Positions 42,937-52,104 of a stretch of DNA of 53,906 nucleotides are shown piece by piece. The position numbers and the translations under genes were made by a program. Positions within the stretch are counted from its first letter, which is position 1. Each line of letters begins with the position of its first letter. The DNA is from Verrucomicrobiota bacterium (GTDB taxonomy: Bacteria; Verrucomicrobiota; Verrucomicrobiia; Limisphaerales; UBA8199). The stretch is from NCBI GenBank assembly GCA_037130375.1, contig JBAXTC010000002.1, positions 1 through 53,906 of the forward strand, written 5' to 3'. The notes below the pieces were generated by a model that saw only the letters and a list, made by a program, of their open reading frames with translations, was not told where the DNA came from and ran no database searches.

Positions 42937-44115
42937 TCACGTTTTGGAAACCTTCTCCGGCCGTTTGGTGCCTAAACGCTTTTCCCAGCCTTTCTGCGTA
43001 GTGTCAAAAAATGCGGCTGGGTCATAAGGATGTTCTTTCACCAGGGTCAGGTTCAGGTCAATCCCCAAACCAGGAGCGGTGGGGAATGAGAGATGGCCAT
43101 TTTTCGGATCCAGTTTGGGGGACCAGGTAACCAAATCGCTCGTCCAGGGTTCATTGAAGGCATCAAAATGTTCCTGGATCAGGAAATTTGGGATGCACGC
43201 CGCCAATTGCAGACACACCGCCGTTGCCACCGGTCCGCCACTCTGGTGGGGGGCAATCCAGGCGCCATTGGCTTCGGCGAGATGCGCCACCGCCATGGTA
43301 TTCATGATGCCACCCATGGACATCGGTTCTGGTTGCCAAATGCTGACGCCGCCACCTTGTGCCAAGGTAAAAAACCTGCCGAGCTTATCGAATTGCTCGC
43401 CGGTGGCGACACGGATGGGGCTCTGGCGCGCGACTTCATTGGTCAGGCACTCCTGTTCCGCCGTGGTAGGTTCCTCCCACCAAAAGATGTCGAGATCCTG
43501 CATTCGTCGGGCAATGCGGACGGCTTCGGCCGGGACGAAGCGACAATGCACATCGATCATGATCTTCAGCTCCGGGCCGAACCGCTGCCGGATTGCTTTG
43601 AGGATGTTGCAAGCCTCCTGCAGTTCGGCTTCGCTCAGAAAATCTCGCGACACGCCGAACGGGTCGAGTTTCAGCGCGTGAAAGCCTTTGTTGACAACGT
43701 TCTCGGCGGCTTTGACGAACGCTTCCGGCGTGCGCTCGGCGCGATACCAGCCGTTGGCATACGCCAGGACACTGTCGCGCACCTTGCCGCCAAGGAGTTG
43801 GTAGATCGGCACGTTCAGGGTCTTGCCCAGAATGTCCCAACAGGCAACTTCAACCGCCGCCATTGTCAGGCGGTGGATGTGGCCCGCATCCTGGATAGTG
43901 CTGATGATTTTGCGCGCAATGGCGGTGACTTGGCGGGGGTCTCTGCCGATGGCAAAATGCTTCAGCTCATGGACCGCGGCCTCGGTCGTTTTAATAAAGC
44001 CATTAATTGTTGCTTCACCGATGCCGTAAAACTCGCTATCGGTGCAAACCTTGACGAAGAGCCAGTTTTTCCATCCGGCGCTTACGGTATAAGTGAGAAT
44101 GTCGGTTATTTTCAT
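42937..44115 (-). CDS. Enolase-superfamily enzyme (D-galactonate dehydratase-like)
   Basis: The ORF is open to 44166, but homology begins at Met18 (ATG 44115): MKITDILTYTVSAGWKNWLFVKVCTDSEFYGIGEATINGF... This is typical of the galactonate-dehydratase-like subgroup. Barrel acidic ligands are present (MIDVHCRF, FWWEEP, ATGEQF). Confidence 0.85.
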   Translation of the reverse strand: MKITDILTYTVSAGWKNWLFVKVCTDSEFYGIGEATINGFIKTTEAAVHELKHFAIGRDPRQVTAIARKIISTIQDAGHIHRLTMAAVEVACWDILGKTLNVPIYQLLGGKVRDSVLAYANGWYRAERTPEAFVKAAENVVNKGFHALKLDPFGVSRDFLSEAELQEACNILKAIRQRFGPELKIMIDVHCRFVPAEAVRIARRMQDLDIFWWEEPTTAEQECLTNEVARQSPIRVATGEQFDKLGRFFTLAQGGGVSIWQPEPMSMGGIMNTMAVAHLAEANGAWIAPHQSGGPVATAVCLQLAACIPNFLIQEHFDAFNEPWTSDLVTWSPKLDPKNGHLSFPTAPGLGIDLNLTLVKEHPYDPAAFFDTTQKGWEKRLGTKRPEKVSKT

Positions 44116-44146
44116 GGTTGGAGTAGCTCGCGTTTGTTGTGTTGGT

Positions 44147-46369
44147 CTATTTGTCGTCTTTCGCATACGAGATGATCGCGGAGCCCGGCGCCGATGGCAG
44201 GTTGATCACCAGGCCCTTTTCCATCAACTCACTGCCAGAGGCGGTGGTGTTGCCGGAAACATCAAAGTTGGTGAGGATGTATGTTGCTTTCGGCTCCAAA
44301 CCGCGCAATTTGAAGGTCATGCTCGGAATATTGTTCGACGCGCGGCGGAACGCTTGCACCAGGCCCTTGGCCAAATCCGGCGCATCCCATTGCCAGGCCA
44401 TCCATCGGTCCGACTTCGTGCTGTGCTCGGTCAGCGGATAATAATCTTTGAGGAAGAAGGGTTGAACCTTGCGGAACTCCTCGATCCGTTGCGCCAGGGG
44501 CGCCCAGAACGGCGCATCCTGCTTGTAAAAATCGAAAGCATAGACGACGCAAGTCTCCATGCCGCTGCGAAAGTCGTAGGGATCGAGCGAGACGCCGCCG
44601 TGACCGCTGATCGGCACCCACAAGGAGAGCGCCCATGTGAAGCACTGGGCGCCAACCGGATCCCAGAGGTAATCCGAGCGCAGCAGCGGCACGCTGCGGC
44701 GCATCATCTCGAAATCAATCCGGCGTCCGCCGCTGGCGCAATCGTCCAGCAGCAGCCCGGGGTTTTCGCGCTGGAAAAAGTCGAGATAATCATAGAGGCC
44801 CGTAATGTGGCCGATCTCGTTCATGCCCTGACGGTCTTCGGCTTCGCCGGAACGCCAGTAATAAAGCGGGTGCATATTGAAATCGAGGCGGTAAACCCCG
44901 AGGCCCAATTCGCGAATATAGTCGCCGAATGTGCGCTTCAGCCAGGCCAACGCTTCGGGGTTGCCCTGGTTCAATAGCCGCCAATCGTGCTGATAGGCCA
45001 TCGGCGCCGGCAGATTGGTTGGCGTCAACAACCAATCCGGATGTGTCGTGCGCAGCCATGTCTTCGGCATGACCCGCTCCGGCTCGAACCAGACGAGGAA
45101 TTTCAGTCCCGCCTCATGGACCTTGTCCGCCACGGGCTTCAATCCGCGTGGAAATCGCGTTGGCTCCGGATCCCAGTTGCCCATGCCTTCAGCGAAACCG
45201 CCGCGCGACCAACCGGCGTCGATCCAGTAATAATTCACCGGCAGCTTATGGGCGGCGATGTTGGCGACCGCCTGAATCTGATTCGTCTCGCTGACGTTGT
45301 TGAAACCGAGCGCCGCACCCGACGCCGCAACCACCGGCTCCAACTCTTTGCCATTCGGATGCGGGGTGTAATACTTCAACATCAGCCGCCGAAACTGGTT
45401 GTGCCCCGAGATCGTGTCTCCGCTATAGCCCATCACCAGAATTGCCGGCGTGCGAATTCGCTCACCCGGGTGCAGGCGCAAATGCGTCTGCTCCATCCCG
45501 GCACGCACCATCAACCGGCCATCTTCCACCCGCGCAAACGATGCCGCCCATTGACCCGACCATCCGACGGCGAAGAACAGCCCGCCGCCCTCGGGTGAAG
45601 CCAGGTTGAAGAAAGGCATCACGCCGTCCGACGAACGCCCGCCGATCGGCCCGAGTTTCAGGGTAATGCCGGAACTGAGTTCCATCTCGCGCGGTTGAAA
45701 ATCGGTGATCTTCTCGCTGCTGCCGTCCGCAAAATGCAAGGTGTAATCGCCCTTCTTCGGCGCCGGCAAAACCAATGCTCCCGCCTGAACATCCTCCAGA
45801 ATCGGCGTGTCCTGCGCACTCCGGTTTTCGAAAAACAGCACCCATTCCAAAGCATCAAAACCCTCGAGGGTCCGAATCTCCGCGGTCAGCCGCAATTTGG
45901 TAGCCGGATCATCCAAATGCAAACGCCTCAGACCGCGCTCCGTTGGGGCGGTCGGTTCCTGGGAGACCTGGCAGCGACGCAGGAAATCTGCCGAGTCGCT
46001 GCCGCCGTAGCGGAATTGGACGGGCAGGGAAGGGGGCGTCCACTGTATCGCCGGAAGCCAGGTTGACAGCGAAGGCTTTGGAGCGGACTCGGCCCCAAGA
46101 CGACCTGCGAATAACAAGCACAGACTTAGGGCCAAGACCGTCTTGGTTATTGCTCTCTGGTTGAGGGCAGAGCGCGGGTGGGGAGCAGAACCGGCAGGTG
46201 AACCAGCGGGTAAAACCGAAAACCGAAAACCGAAATCCGAAGGAAATCCAAAATGGAAAGTGGAAATGCCCGAGGCCTCGCGAGGTATGATGCTAAATAG
46301 TTCGTTCCTTAGGTTTTGGGGGAGTGTTCGGAGTTCGCAGCAGCGCTTGGAATTGTTCGACGGATTCAT
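44147..46369 (-). CDS. GH36-like glycoside hydrolase, paralogue 3 (start codon uncertain)
   Basis: 740-aa ORF with motifs GLGVYRLDFNMHP and LDDCASGGRRIDFEMMRR. The signal-like segment KTVLALSLCLLFAGRLGA lies about 95 codons after the ATG at 46369. There is no in-frame ATG or GTG just before it (a TTG is possible). The N-terminal extension contains a heptamer repeat. Confidence 0.75.
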   Translation of the reverse strand: MNPSNNSKRCCELRTLPQNLRNELFSIIPREASGISTFHFGFPSDFGFRFSVLPAGSPAGSAPHPRSALNQRAITKTVLALSLCLLFAGRLGAESAPKPSLSTWLPAIQWTPPSLPVQFRYGGSDSADFLRRCQVSQEPTAPTERGLRRLHLDDPATKLRLTAEIRTLEGFDALEWVLFFENRSAQDTPILEDVQAGALVLPAPKKGDYTLHFADGSSEKITDFQPREMELSSGITLKLGPIGGRSSDGVMPFFNLASPEGGGLFFAVGWSGQWAASFARVEDGRLMVRAGMEQTHLRLHPGERIRTPAILVMGYSGDTISGHNQFRRLMLKYYTPHPNGKELEPVVAASGAALGFNNVSETNQIQAVANIAAHKLPVNYYWIDAGWSRGGFAEGMGNWDPEPTRFPRGLKPVADKVHEAGLKFLVWFEPERVMPKTWLRTTHPDWLLTPTNLPAPMAYQHDWRLLNQGNPEALAWLKRTFGDYIRELGLGVYRLDFNMHPLYYWRSGEAEDRQGMNEIGHITGLYDYLDFFQRENPGLLLDDCASGGRRIDFEMMRRSVPLLRSDYLWDPVGAQCFTWALSLWVPISGHGGVSLDPYDFRSGMETCVVYAFDFYKQDAPFWAPLAQRIEEFRKVQPFFLKDYYPLTEHSTKSDRWMAWQWDAPDLAKGLVQAFRRASNNIPSMTFKLRGLEPKATYILTNFDVSGNTTASGSELMEKGLVINLPSAPGSAIISYAKDDK
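46212..46239. repeat. Tandem heptanucleotide repeat (AAAACCG x3 + AAATCCG)
   Basis: Read directly from the sequence: 46212-18, 46219-25 and 46226-32 are AAAACCG, and 46233-39 is AAATCCG. It lies in the 5' region or putative N-terminal extension of GH36-like paralogue 3. Confidence 0.85.
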
Positions 46370-46413
46370 TGTCTTTTATTCTATTCTATTATTTTATTAA
46401 ATTCCATTCTATT
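46370..46413 (-). promoter_or_regulatory. AT-rich 44-bp intergenic spacer with a 12-nt direct repeat; candidate promoter for GH36-like paralogue 3
   Basis: ATTCTATTCTAT occurs at 46378-46389 and 46406-46417. On the sense strand it reads ATAGAATAGAAT, which contains TAGAAT -10-like hexamers. The spacer is strikingly AT-rich against GC-rich flanks. Confidence 0.35.
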
Positions 46414-49400
46414 CTATGGTGTGGCGATGCGGTAGAACCGCCGGCTGACGTTGGTCGTTGAGAGGGTCAGGCTGTAGATGCCGTTGCTGATCGGGGTGAT
46501 ATTGGTCAGCGGCTGCCAAAAGACAGGAGGAGCAAGGTTGGTCGCGAAGCAGAGTGTATAGGAGCGGCTGGCAGCGACGCCGAAACTGAGAACCAAGCGG
46601 TCGGACTCCGACAGAACCGGTTCGATCCGGAAAACGCTCGAGGGGTTGGTCGGGCTGGTGCCGGCCAGATATTCCTGCCAATTCGTCATGCCGTCGCCAT
46701 CCGGGTCCGCGTCTGCGTCCGGGGTGAACGGGTTAGTCCCATTGGCGATCTCCCAGGCGTCGGGCAATCCGTCCCTGTCCGTGTCGGCCGTAGCGAACAG
46801 GCGTCCGGGAGTGGGGATGGCGGCGGTCCAGTTGATCGGATCATCGCCATACGCGGCGGCGTTAAGGCGTTGGAGCGAGAGGCCGCTGCCATCGGCGGCC
46901 GGTGGCCAGGGCGCTTTGTTATCATAACCGACATCGTCCACGGTAATATACGGCAAGCCATTGCTGTCAGGAACGTCGGGTCGCTGGAGCAACAGTCGCT
47001 CCCCCGCCTTTTGTAAAACGCCTGGGTAGGGGCCAAGCACCGGCACATTGGTTGGCACATTGTAGCGAGCACGGAACACCGCCGGGTTAGTCGCCACCAG
47101 CAACAGCAGCCCCCTGGCTTCCAAAACAAGATTTGTGGGAAAACTGTAGCCAACGCCTTTGAGCTGCCATCTGTTGCTCGGATACGTGAGATCGAATAAC
47201 GGCACGGCAGCATCGGTAATGTTTTGCAGCTCGAGAAATTCATCACCCTCAACGGCAGGGTGGAAATGAATTTCGCTCAGCACCACCGGCCCGACGCGCG
47301 GCCCGGCATTGCTGGCATTAAGCGTGATGGAGAGTTGCGCCGGAAACTGTTCTTCGCCAACACTGTTGACATAACGCCCGAAGGGCACGCCCGCAGCCGC
47401 GGCTCCAAAGGCAAAGCCATGCGAGTAGCCGGTCAGATTGGTGTTGGCATCGCCTGAAAACAAATAAACCTGCTCGCCATGGGAATCGAGTGTGAAACTG
47501 GTTCCGACTTCTGATGCAGGATTGAGCTGATTCTCATTGAAAGTGAGGAAGCCAAGGCTCGGAAGGCTGACGCCGTCCGGGATTCGATACTTCTGCGGGA
47601 CATGGGGATCATCCGACAGAAACCACCCTCCAACAGGCGCCGGTATCGGTGCCGGGTTAAACAACTCGATGAAATCGACTTGAGGTGGATGGGTGTGGGT
47701 TAAAACCTCGTTAATGACCACTTGTGGCAAAGCCGGCTCTGGATCGTCCGTCCCAGGCGAACCGCCGGGGGAGGCGCTGGCTCGCCACTTGGCTCCAGAA
47801 TCTGGAGCCTGCGAATTACCCGGGTATCTCGGCACGAGGGAAAAGCCAAAGCCGTCGGGAGTCACCGGCCACGGCGCCCTGGTGCCATAGGTGATGGAGA
47901 AGACCGTTGTGCCGAGCGGATGCGAGAGGGTGAGTGTTTCGCCGGCGTTATCAAGTTTGCCGGTATAGATGCCGTTCAGGGCTGCACCGGGATACTTGGC
48001 GGCGAAGGCATCGGCGTTGCGAGCGAGCACCAAGAACCGCCCAGGCGACAATTGGGTGCCGTTGCTGAAGGTGAAGTTAACACCGGCAGTAAATGTCAGG
48101 CCGGAAATATCCAGAGCGTTTGTGCCGTAATTCTTTAGTTCGATGAACTCGAATTCGTCACCGTTGGTCGAGCCCATAGTGGGCGGGTGGTACATCAGTT
48201 CGGTCAGGCATAACCCGGACAGATCCTGCGGCGGGTAGAACATGGCTTCCGCAAGCGCGCTCCACTGGCCCGTGTTTAACACCCGCGCACAGGCCCAGGT
48301 TGGTGCATTGAGGGGAACGGGAAGGCTGTAAGCTTGAGCGGCGGGTGAGAGACTGCCCCCCACGCGGCGCGGGTCAGTACCGTCAATCGTGAAATAAATG
48401 GTGCCGGAGGGATTCGGGTTGGTGATGGCCAGAGCGACACCGGCAGGCACCGCGCCACCGGGTTGGCTGAACCCGGGAGCGGCGAGCGTCGGAAAAACGC
48501 CGGTGGCAGTCAATTGGCTCAGCACCACGGCTGGCCGCTGGTCAAAGTAGCAGCCCGGATTGACAGCCAGTTGATTGACCAGGCTAAGCCATTCCACATT
48601 CCGCGTATAAGGTGTGGCTCGCCGCGTATCACCCCAGCGCGCAGACTCAGCGATTATGGCCAGATCGATTTCTGACTTGCGCGCGAGGAATCGGGCCTTG
48701 GCAGCGGCGGGCGTGAAAACGCCTCCGTTGAAGAAGTGTTTCTGGATGCGGTCGCCAGCCCGCACCCGGAAGCTGGTGTTGCCCAGCAGCCGATGCCACA
48801 TCCACTCCGGGCTGCTATCGAGCACCGAGTTATCCCCGGCATTCGATGTCGCGGCGGTGCGATTGACGTTGACATCCAGCATCATGAATTCCGCGTCGTG
48901 GGCGATGAAGCAGAACCCGGCGCTTCCGTCGCGCGGGCGGATCGCATACCAGTTGTTAGGCCGCCCCGAGAAAGTCGAAATCGGCGAGTCTAAATTGCCG
49001 CCATACAACATGAGCAGCATGAAGTCGATGAGGTTGTCGGAACTGATGTAGATGGGATAGGCCGGGTTGCGCGAGCCGTCGGGGTTGTTGCCGAGCAGAC
49101 GCTGATAGGCGGCCTCAGTGCTGACCCCACTCAGAATGAGGTTATAGAGTTGCGTCCAGGCTGCCATGTCACCATCCGTCGCATAGAGGGTGAAAGTGCC
49201 CCAGTTCACTTTAATAACGTCATAGTCGGCCGCGTTGCCGCCAAAGTAAGAGGCGGCAAAATCAGCCTCGGGGCGTTCCTGTGTGGCCCCCAGGCCCCAA
49301 TACTGGCCGTTGATGTAAATGTGGCAGTAATCGCTGTGGGTGCCGGGTTGGCCCATCGCCAACTGCGTGTCTCGGCTGACCATGTCGCGCATGTAAATAG

Positions 49401-51990
49401 CCAGCTTCGAGTCGCTACAGCAGTCGCCTAAAAAGCTCCACGAATCGTTCTGGTCCATCCGCAAGTCAAACATTTGAAACTGATCCACGGGCGAGTGGGT
49501 AAAGAGTGAGTACTTGAGCGTGCTGGCGCCGTACTCGCCTCGAAAAAAAAGCCGGAACCCATGTTTGGGATTGGATGCCATTCGGCTTTGCCCGCCACGT
49601 ATGCGGATACCGGAGTCAATTTGGAATCCTGTTCGCCCATTAGAATAAATGAGTTCGACCGACCCCGCCCTCTCCCATTCACGTCCGTCGAACCCGGCAT
49701 TTGCATAAATGCCGAATGGCCCGAACAAATCCGCCAGGTCCATGACCAGCGAGAAGGACGGAAGGGACTTCAGCGCGCCACTCATCAGACTGCTGTACGC
49801 TGGGTTGGTGACCACTCGAGGATCCATTCCATAGAGCAACACCTGACCCGTAGGCAATGGCGAAGCTGGCCAACCGAGGGGTGGTTGTCCATTCCGAGAC
49901 TGGACAGCGATGTCGCCGGCGAAAAAGTAAGTGTGCGTGGCCGCGTTGCTGGGCAACCATCCGGTCTTGAACGCTCCAGCTCGCAGGATCGTGGTGGTGC
50001 TCACGAGCAGCGGGGCGGAGTAAACGACTCCATGATTGGTGGTCGGCAGGGTGCCGTCGAGAGTGTAACGGATTTCAACGCCTGGAGTTGCCGAAGTGAT
50101 ACTCACGGAGATTGATCCATCGTAGAATCCGCGCCCCGGGCTAAACCCGGGGTCGGTTGCCATGCCGAGATAGGCATCGGTATTGTTGGCCCCGCCAGGC
50201 GTGGCTAATTGCAGGAAGCCGCTGGGAACCCGGGGAGCCAGTGCGGTTTGGCCGTCCAAAGCAGGGCTGACAAGAAAGTCCGGGGTGTTCGTGCCAACGC
50301 TCAACCCCTGGACCGCCAGGACATGTCCCCCGGCCGTCAGGGAGCCAGCCCAAGGCGTTATGTCAATGGACTCGGCTACGCGGGCCGAGGTCAGCGGACG
50401 ATTGGTGAGCGCGGACGCGTTGAACGGCAACGGCTCGCCCACCGCTCCCGGTGCATTGCGCCGCGTTACCTCCCGGCCATCGAGATACGCCACGAAACCG
50501 TCTTTGTATTGCATCTTAAGAGTCACCTGCGTGAAGGTCGAGGGCCCCGCCAATTGGAACGGTGTGCGCGTGTAAATGGAGGCATTGACGCCGCGCATCG
50601 AAGAGCCGACATCCGTGCCGACGAGTTTGCTGGGCGCGCCGGGTTGCGCTGTAAAATACTTGTCCAGGAGGTAAGCCTCAACAGCACTGCGCTGGGTGGC
50701 TGAGACGGAGCCATAAACCAGCATTTCGGCAATGTCTCCATTGAGGAACTGGCGGCCAATGTCGAGGTTGCCCACTGTCAATTGCGTGTCAGGGGCGTAG
50801 CTGGTCTGATTTTGGAAGGTCCCGCTGGCACTGTGCTCATTAGTCGTGCTCTCGTTGAGGACGCGCAGGATCTTTTGGCTGGAACCGGGATCAAACGTGG
50901 CCGTTATGAGATAATTCGTCCCCGCGGTCAGATTGCCGCCCGGAAATGACGCTACGCCGTCATCGAACGCATCGCCGGGTGGTGCGGTGAACCACTTCAC
51001 GCGCTGGCTCACGGCATCACTGATGCCCAATGCCCAACCATTGATGTCACGATAATTGGCAATGAAAATGCCCGACTGCACGCCAGCCACTATGCTGCCC
51101 ACAACATAGACACTCAGGGGATTGACTCGCAGGTTCGCTGCACCGATAAGGAGCAGCCCGTCAATAGTGCTATCGAATCGGACTACGTCGCGCGGGGCGC
51201 GTGGGAAGATGGCCGTGGCGCGGTGCGGCGTGCCCCGAACGGTGTCAACCCAGTTGCCAGGAATGCCCCCCGCATCAGCCCAGGCGGTGACGTTGCGATT
51301 GAGATCGGTCTTCAGGCCCGTATCGGCAGCCAGCCAGAGCAGCCGTCCGACGGCAGGCGGCTGTGGAGGGTCAGTAATGCCGTAACCCACTCCATTTGTG
51401 CCCGAGATCCACCCGGTCGGGACGAAAGCGGGCAAAGTCCAGTTGGTGCTCAGCGCATCATTGGTGGGAATCAACGCGCTGACCGGCGCGCCCGACGCAA
51501 TGAGTGTCGTGGAGGTCACCGGCGTGGCCAGGCCATAAGCGACATCCACACGCTGAGGTGGGTAATTATACTGGCTGGAGAACGTCACACTGTCCGGCTG
51601 AACCAGGGCCAGAAATCCGCCGTCTGCGCTGAGTTTGAAATTCGTATGGAGCTCTTGCCCTGCAACGCTGCGGTTCTTGCCGGAAGCGAACACGACCAGG
51701 AAACCTTGCCCTGCTAGTGAGACGTTCGGCAGACGCCACTTGGCAGGCATCTCAGCGTCATCCGTTAGAAACCAGCCGTCCAGGGATACTACCGAGCCGC
51801 TGGTGTTGTGCAGCTCAATCCAATCGGAGAAGTCGCCGTCCGAGTCCGCAAGCGTCCGAGCATTGGAAGCCATAAACTCGCTGATGACGACCTCGGCGTG
51901 GATGGCCGCCGCGCACAACCAGAGCACAAGCATCCTGACTGCACAGCGGCGGGCAGACGCAATGGCTGACGAAAGTTCAATCAAATTCAC
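46414..51990 (-). CDS. Giant secreted CotH-kinase-family protein with four lamin-tail domains, a LamG module, two Fn3-associated/CHB_HEX_C-like domains, TSP3-like Ca-binding repeats and the shared C-terminal module
   Basis: 1858 aa. The four LTDs are VVISEFMASN...WIELHNTS, LCLTELMYHP...FIELKNYG, VVINEVLTHT...FIELFNPA and VVLSEIHFHP...FLELQNIT. The CotH block is IRIRGGQSRMASNPKHGFRLFF...YINGQYWGLGATQERPEADF. The LamG module is GRLLWLAADTGL...NGDIAEMLVYGSVS...YLLDKYF. The TSP3-like repeat is DTDRDGLPDAWE...DPDGDGMTNWQEY. The protein ends ...RRFYRIATP. Confidence 0.85.
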   Translation of the reverse strand: MNLIELSSAIASARRCAVRMLVLWLCAAAIHAEVVISEFMASNARTLADSDGDFSDWIELHNTSGSVVSLDGWFLTDDAEMPAKWRLPNVSLAGQGFLVVFASGKNRSVAGQELHTNFKLSADGGFLALVQPDSVTFSSQYNYPPQRVDVAYGLATPVTSTTLIASGAPVSALIPTNDALSTNWTLPAFVPTGWISGTNGVGYGITDPPQPPAVGRLLWLAADTGLKTDLNRNVTAWADAGGIPGNWVDTVRGTPHRATAIFPRAPRDVVRFDSTIDGLLLIGAANLRVNPLSVYVVGSIVAGVQSGIFIANYRDINGWALGISDAVSQRVKWFTAPPGDAFDDGVASFPGGNLTAGTNYLITATFDPGSSQKILRVLNESTTNEHSASGTFQNQTSYAPDTQLTVGNLDIGRQFLNGDIAEMLVYGSVSATQRSAVEAYLLDKYFTAQPGAPSKLVGTDVGSSMRGVNASIYTRTPFQLAGPSTFTQVTLKMQYKDGFVAYLDGREVTRRNAPGAVGEPLPFNASALTNRPLTSARVAESIDITPWAGSLTAGGHVLAVQGLSVGTNTPDFLVSPALDGQTALAPRVPSGFLQLATPGGANNTDAYLGMATDPGFSPGRGFYDGSISVSITSATPGVEIRYTLDGTLPTTNHGVVYSAPLLVSTTTILRAGAFKTGWLPSNAATHTYFFAGDIAVQSRNGQPPLGWPASPLPTGQVLLYGMDPRVVTNPAYSSLMSGALKSLPSFSLVMDLADLFGPFGIYANAGFDGREWERAGSVELIYSNGRTGFQIDSGIRIRGGQSRMASNPKHGFRLFFRGEYGASTLKYSLFTHSPVDQFQMFDLRMDQNDSWSFLGDCCSDSKLAIYMRDMVSRDTQLAMGQPGTHSDYCHIYINGQYWGLGATQERPEADFAASYFGGNAADYDVIKVNWGTFTLYATDGDMAAWTQLYNLILSGVSTEAAYQRLLGNNPDGSRNPAYPIYISSDNLIDFMLLMLYGGNLDSPISTFSGRPNNWYAIRPRDGSAGFCFIAHDAEFMMLDVNVNRTAATSNAGDNSVLDSSPEWMWHRLLGNTSFRVRAGDRIQKHFFNGGVFTPAAAKARFLARKSEIDLAIIAESARWGDTRRATPYTRNVEWLSLVNQLAVNPGCYFDQRPAVVLSQLTATGVFPTLAAPGFSQPGGAVPAGVALAITNPNPSGTIYFTIDGTDPRRVGGSLSPAAQAYSLPVPLNAPTWACARVLNTGQWSALAEAMFYPPQDLSGLCLTELMYHPPTMGSTNGDEFEFIELKNYGTNALDISGLTFTAGVNFTFSNGTQLSPGRFLVLARNADAFAAKYPGAALNGIYTGKLDNAGETLTLSHPLGTTVFSITYGTRAPWPVTPDGFGFSLVPRYPGNSQAPDSGAKWRASASPGGSPGTDDPEPALPQVVINEVLTHTHPPQVDFIELFNPAPIPAPVGGWFLSDDPHVPQKYRIPDGVSLPSLGFLTFNENQLNPASEVGTSFTLDSHGEQVYLFSGDANTNLTGYSHGFAFGAAAAGVPFGRYVNSVGEEQFPAQLSITLNASNAGPRVGPVVLSEIHFHPAVEGDEFLELQNITDAAVPLFDLTYPSNRWQLKGVGYSFPTNLVLEARGLLLLVATNPAVFRARYNVPTNVPVLGPYPGVLQKAGERLLLQRPDVPDSNGLPYITVDDVGYDNKAPWPPAADGSGLSLQRLNAAAYGDDPINWTAAIPTPGRLFATADTDRDGLPDAWEIANGTNPFTPDADADPDGDGMTNWQEYLAGTSPTNPSSVFRIEPVLSESDRLVLSFGVAASRSYTLCFATNLAPPVFWQPLTNITPISNGIYSLTLSTTNVSRRFYRIATP

Positions 51991-52104
51991 GCAAGCAAAC
52001 CCGCCAAAAACACCACCGATTTCACCCGGCGGAAACCAGCCTTCCCTCCGGTCAGGTTTCCACCCGGGACGCTCCGCTCCAGCAGAGTGCTGATGATGTG
52101 ACCC

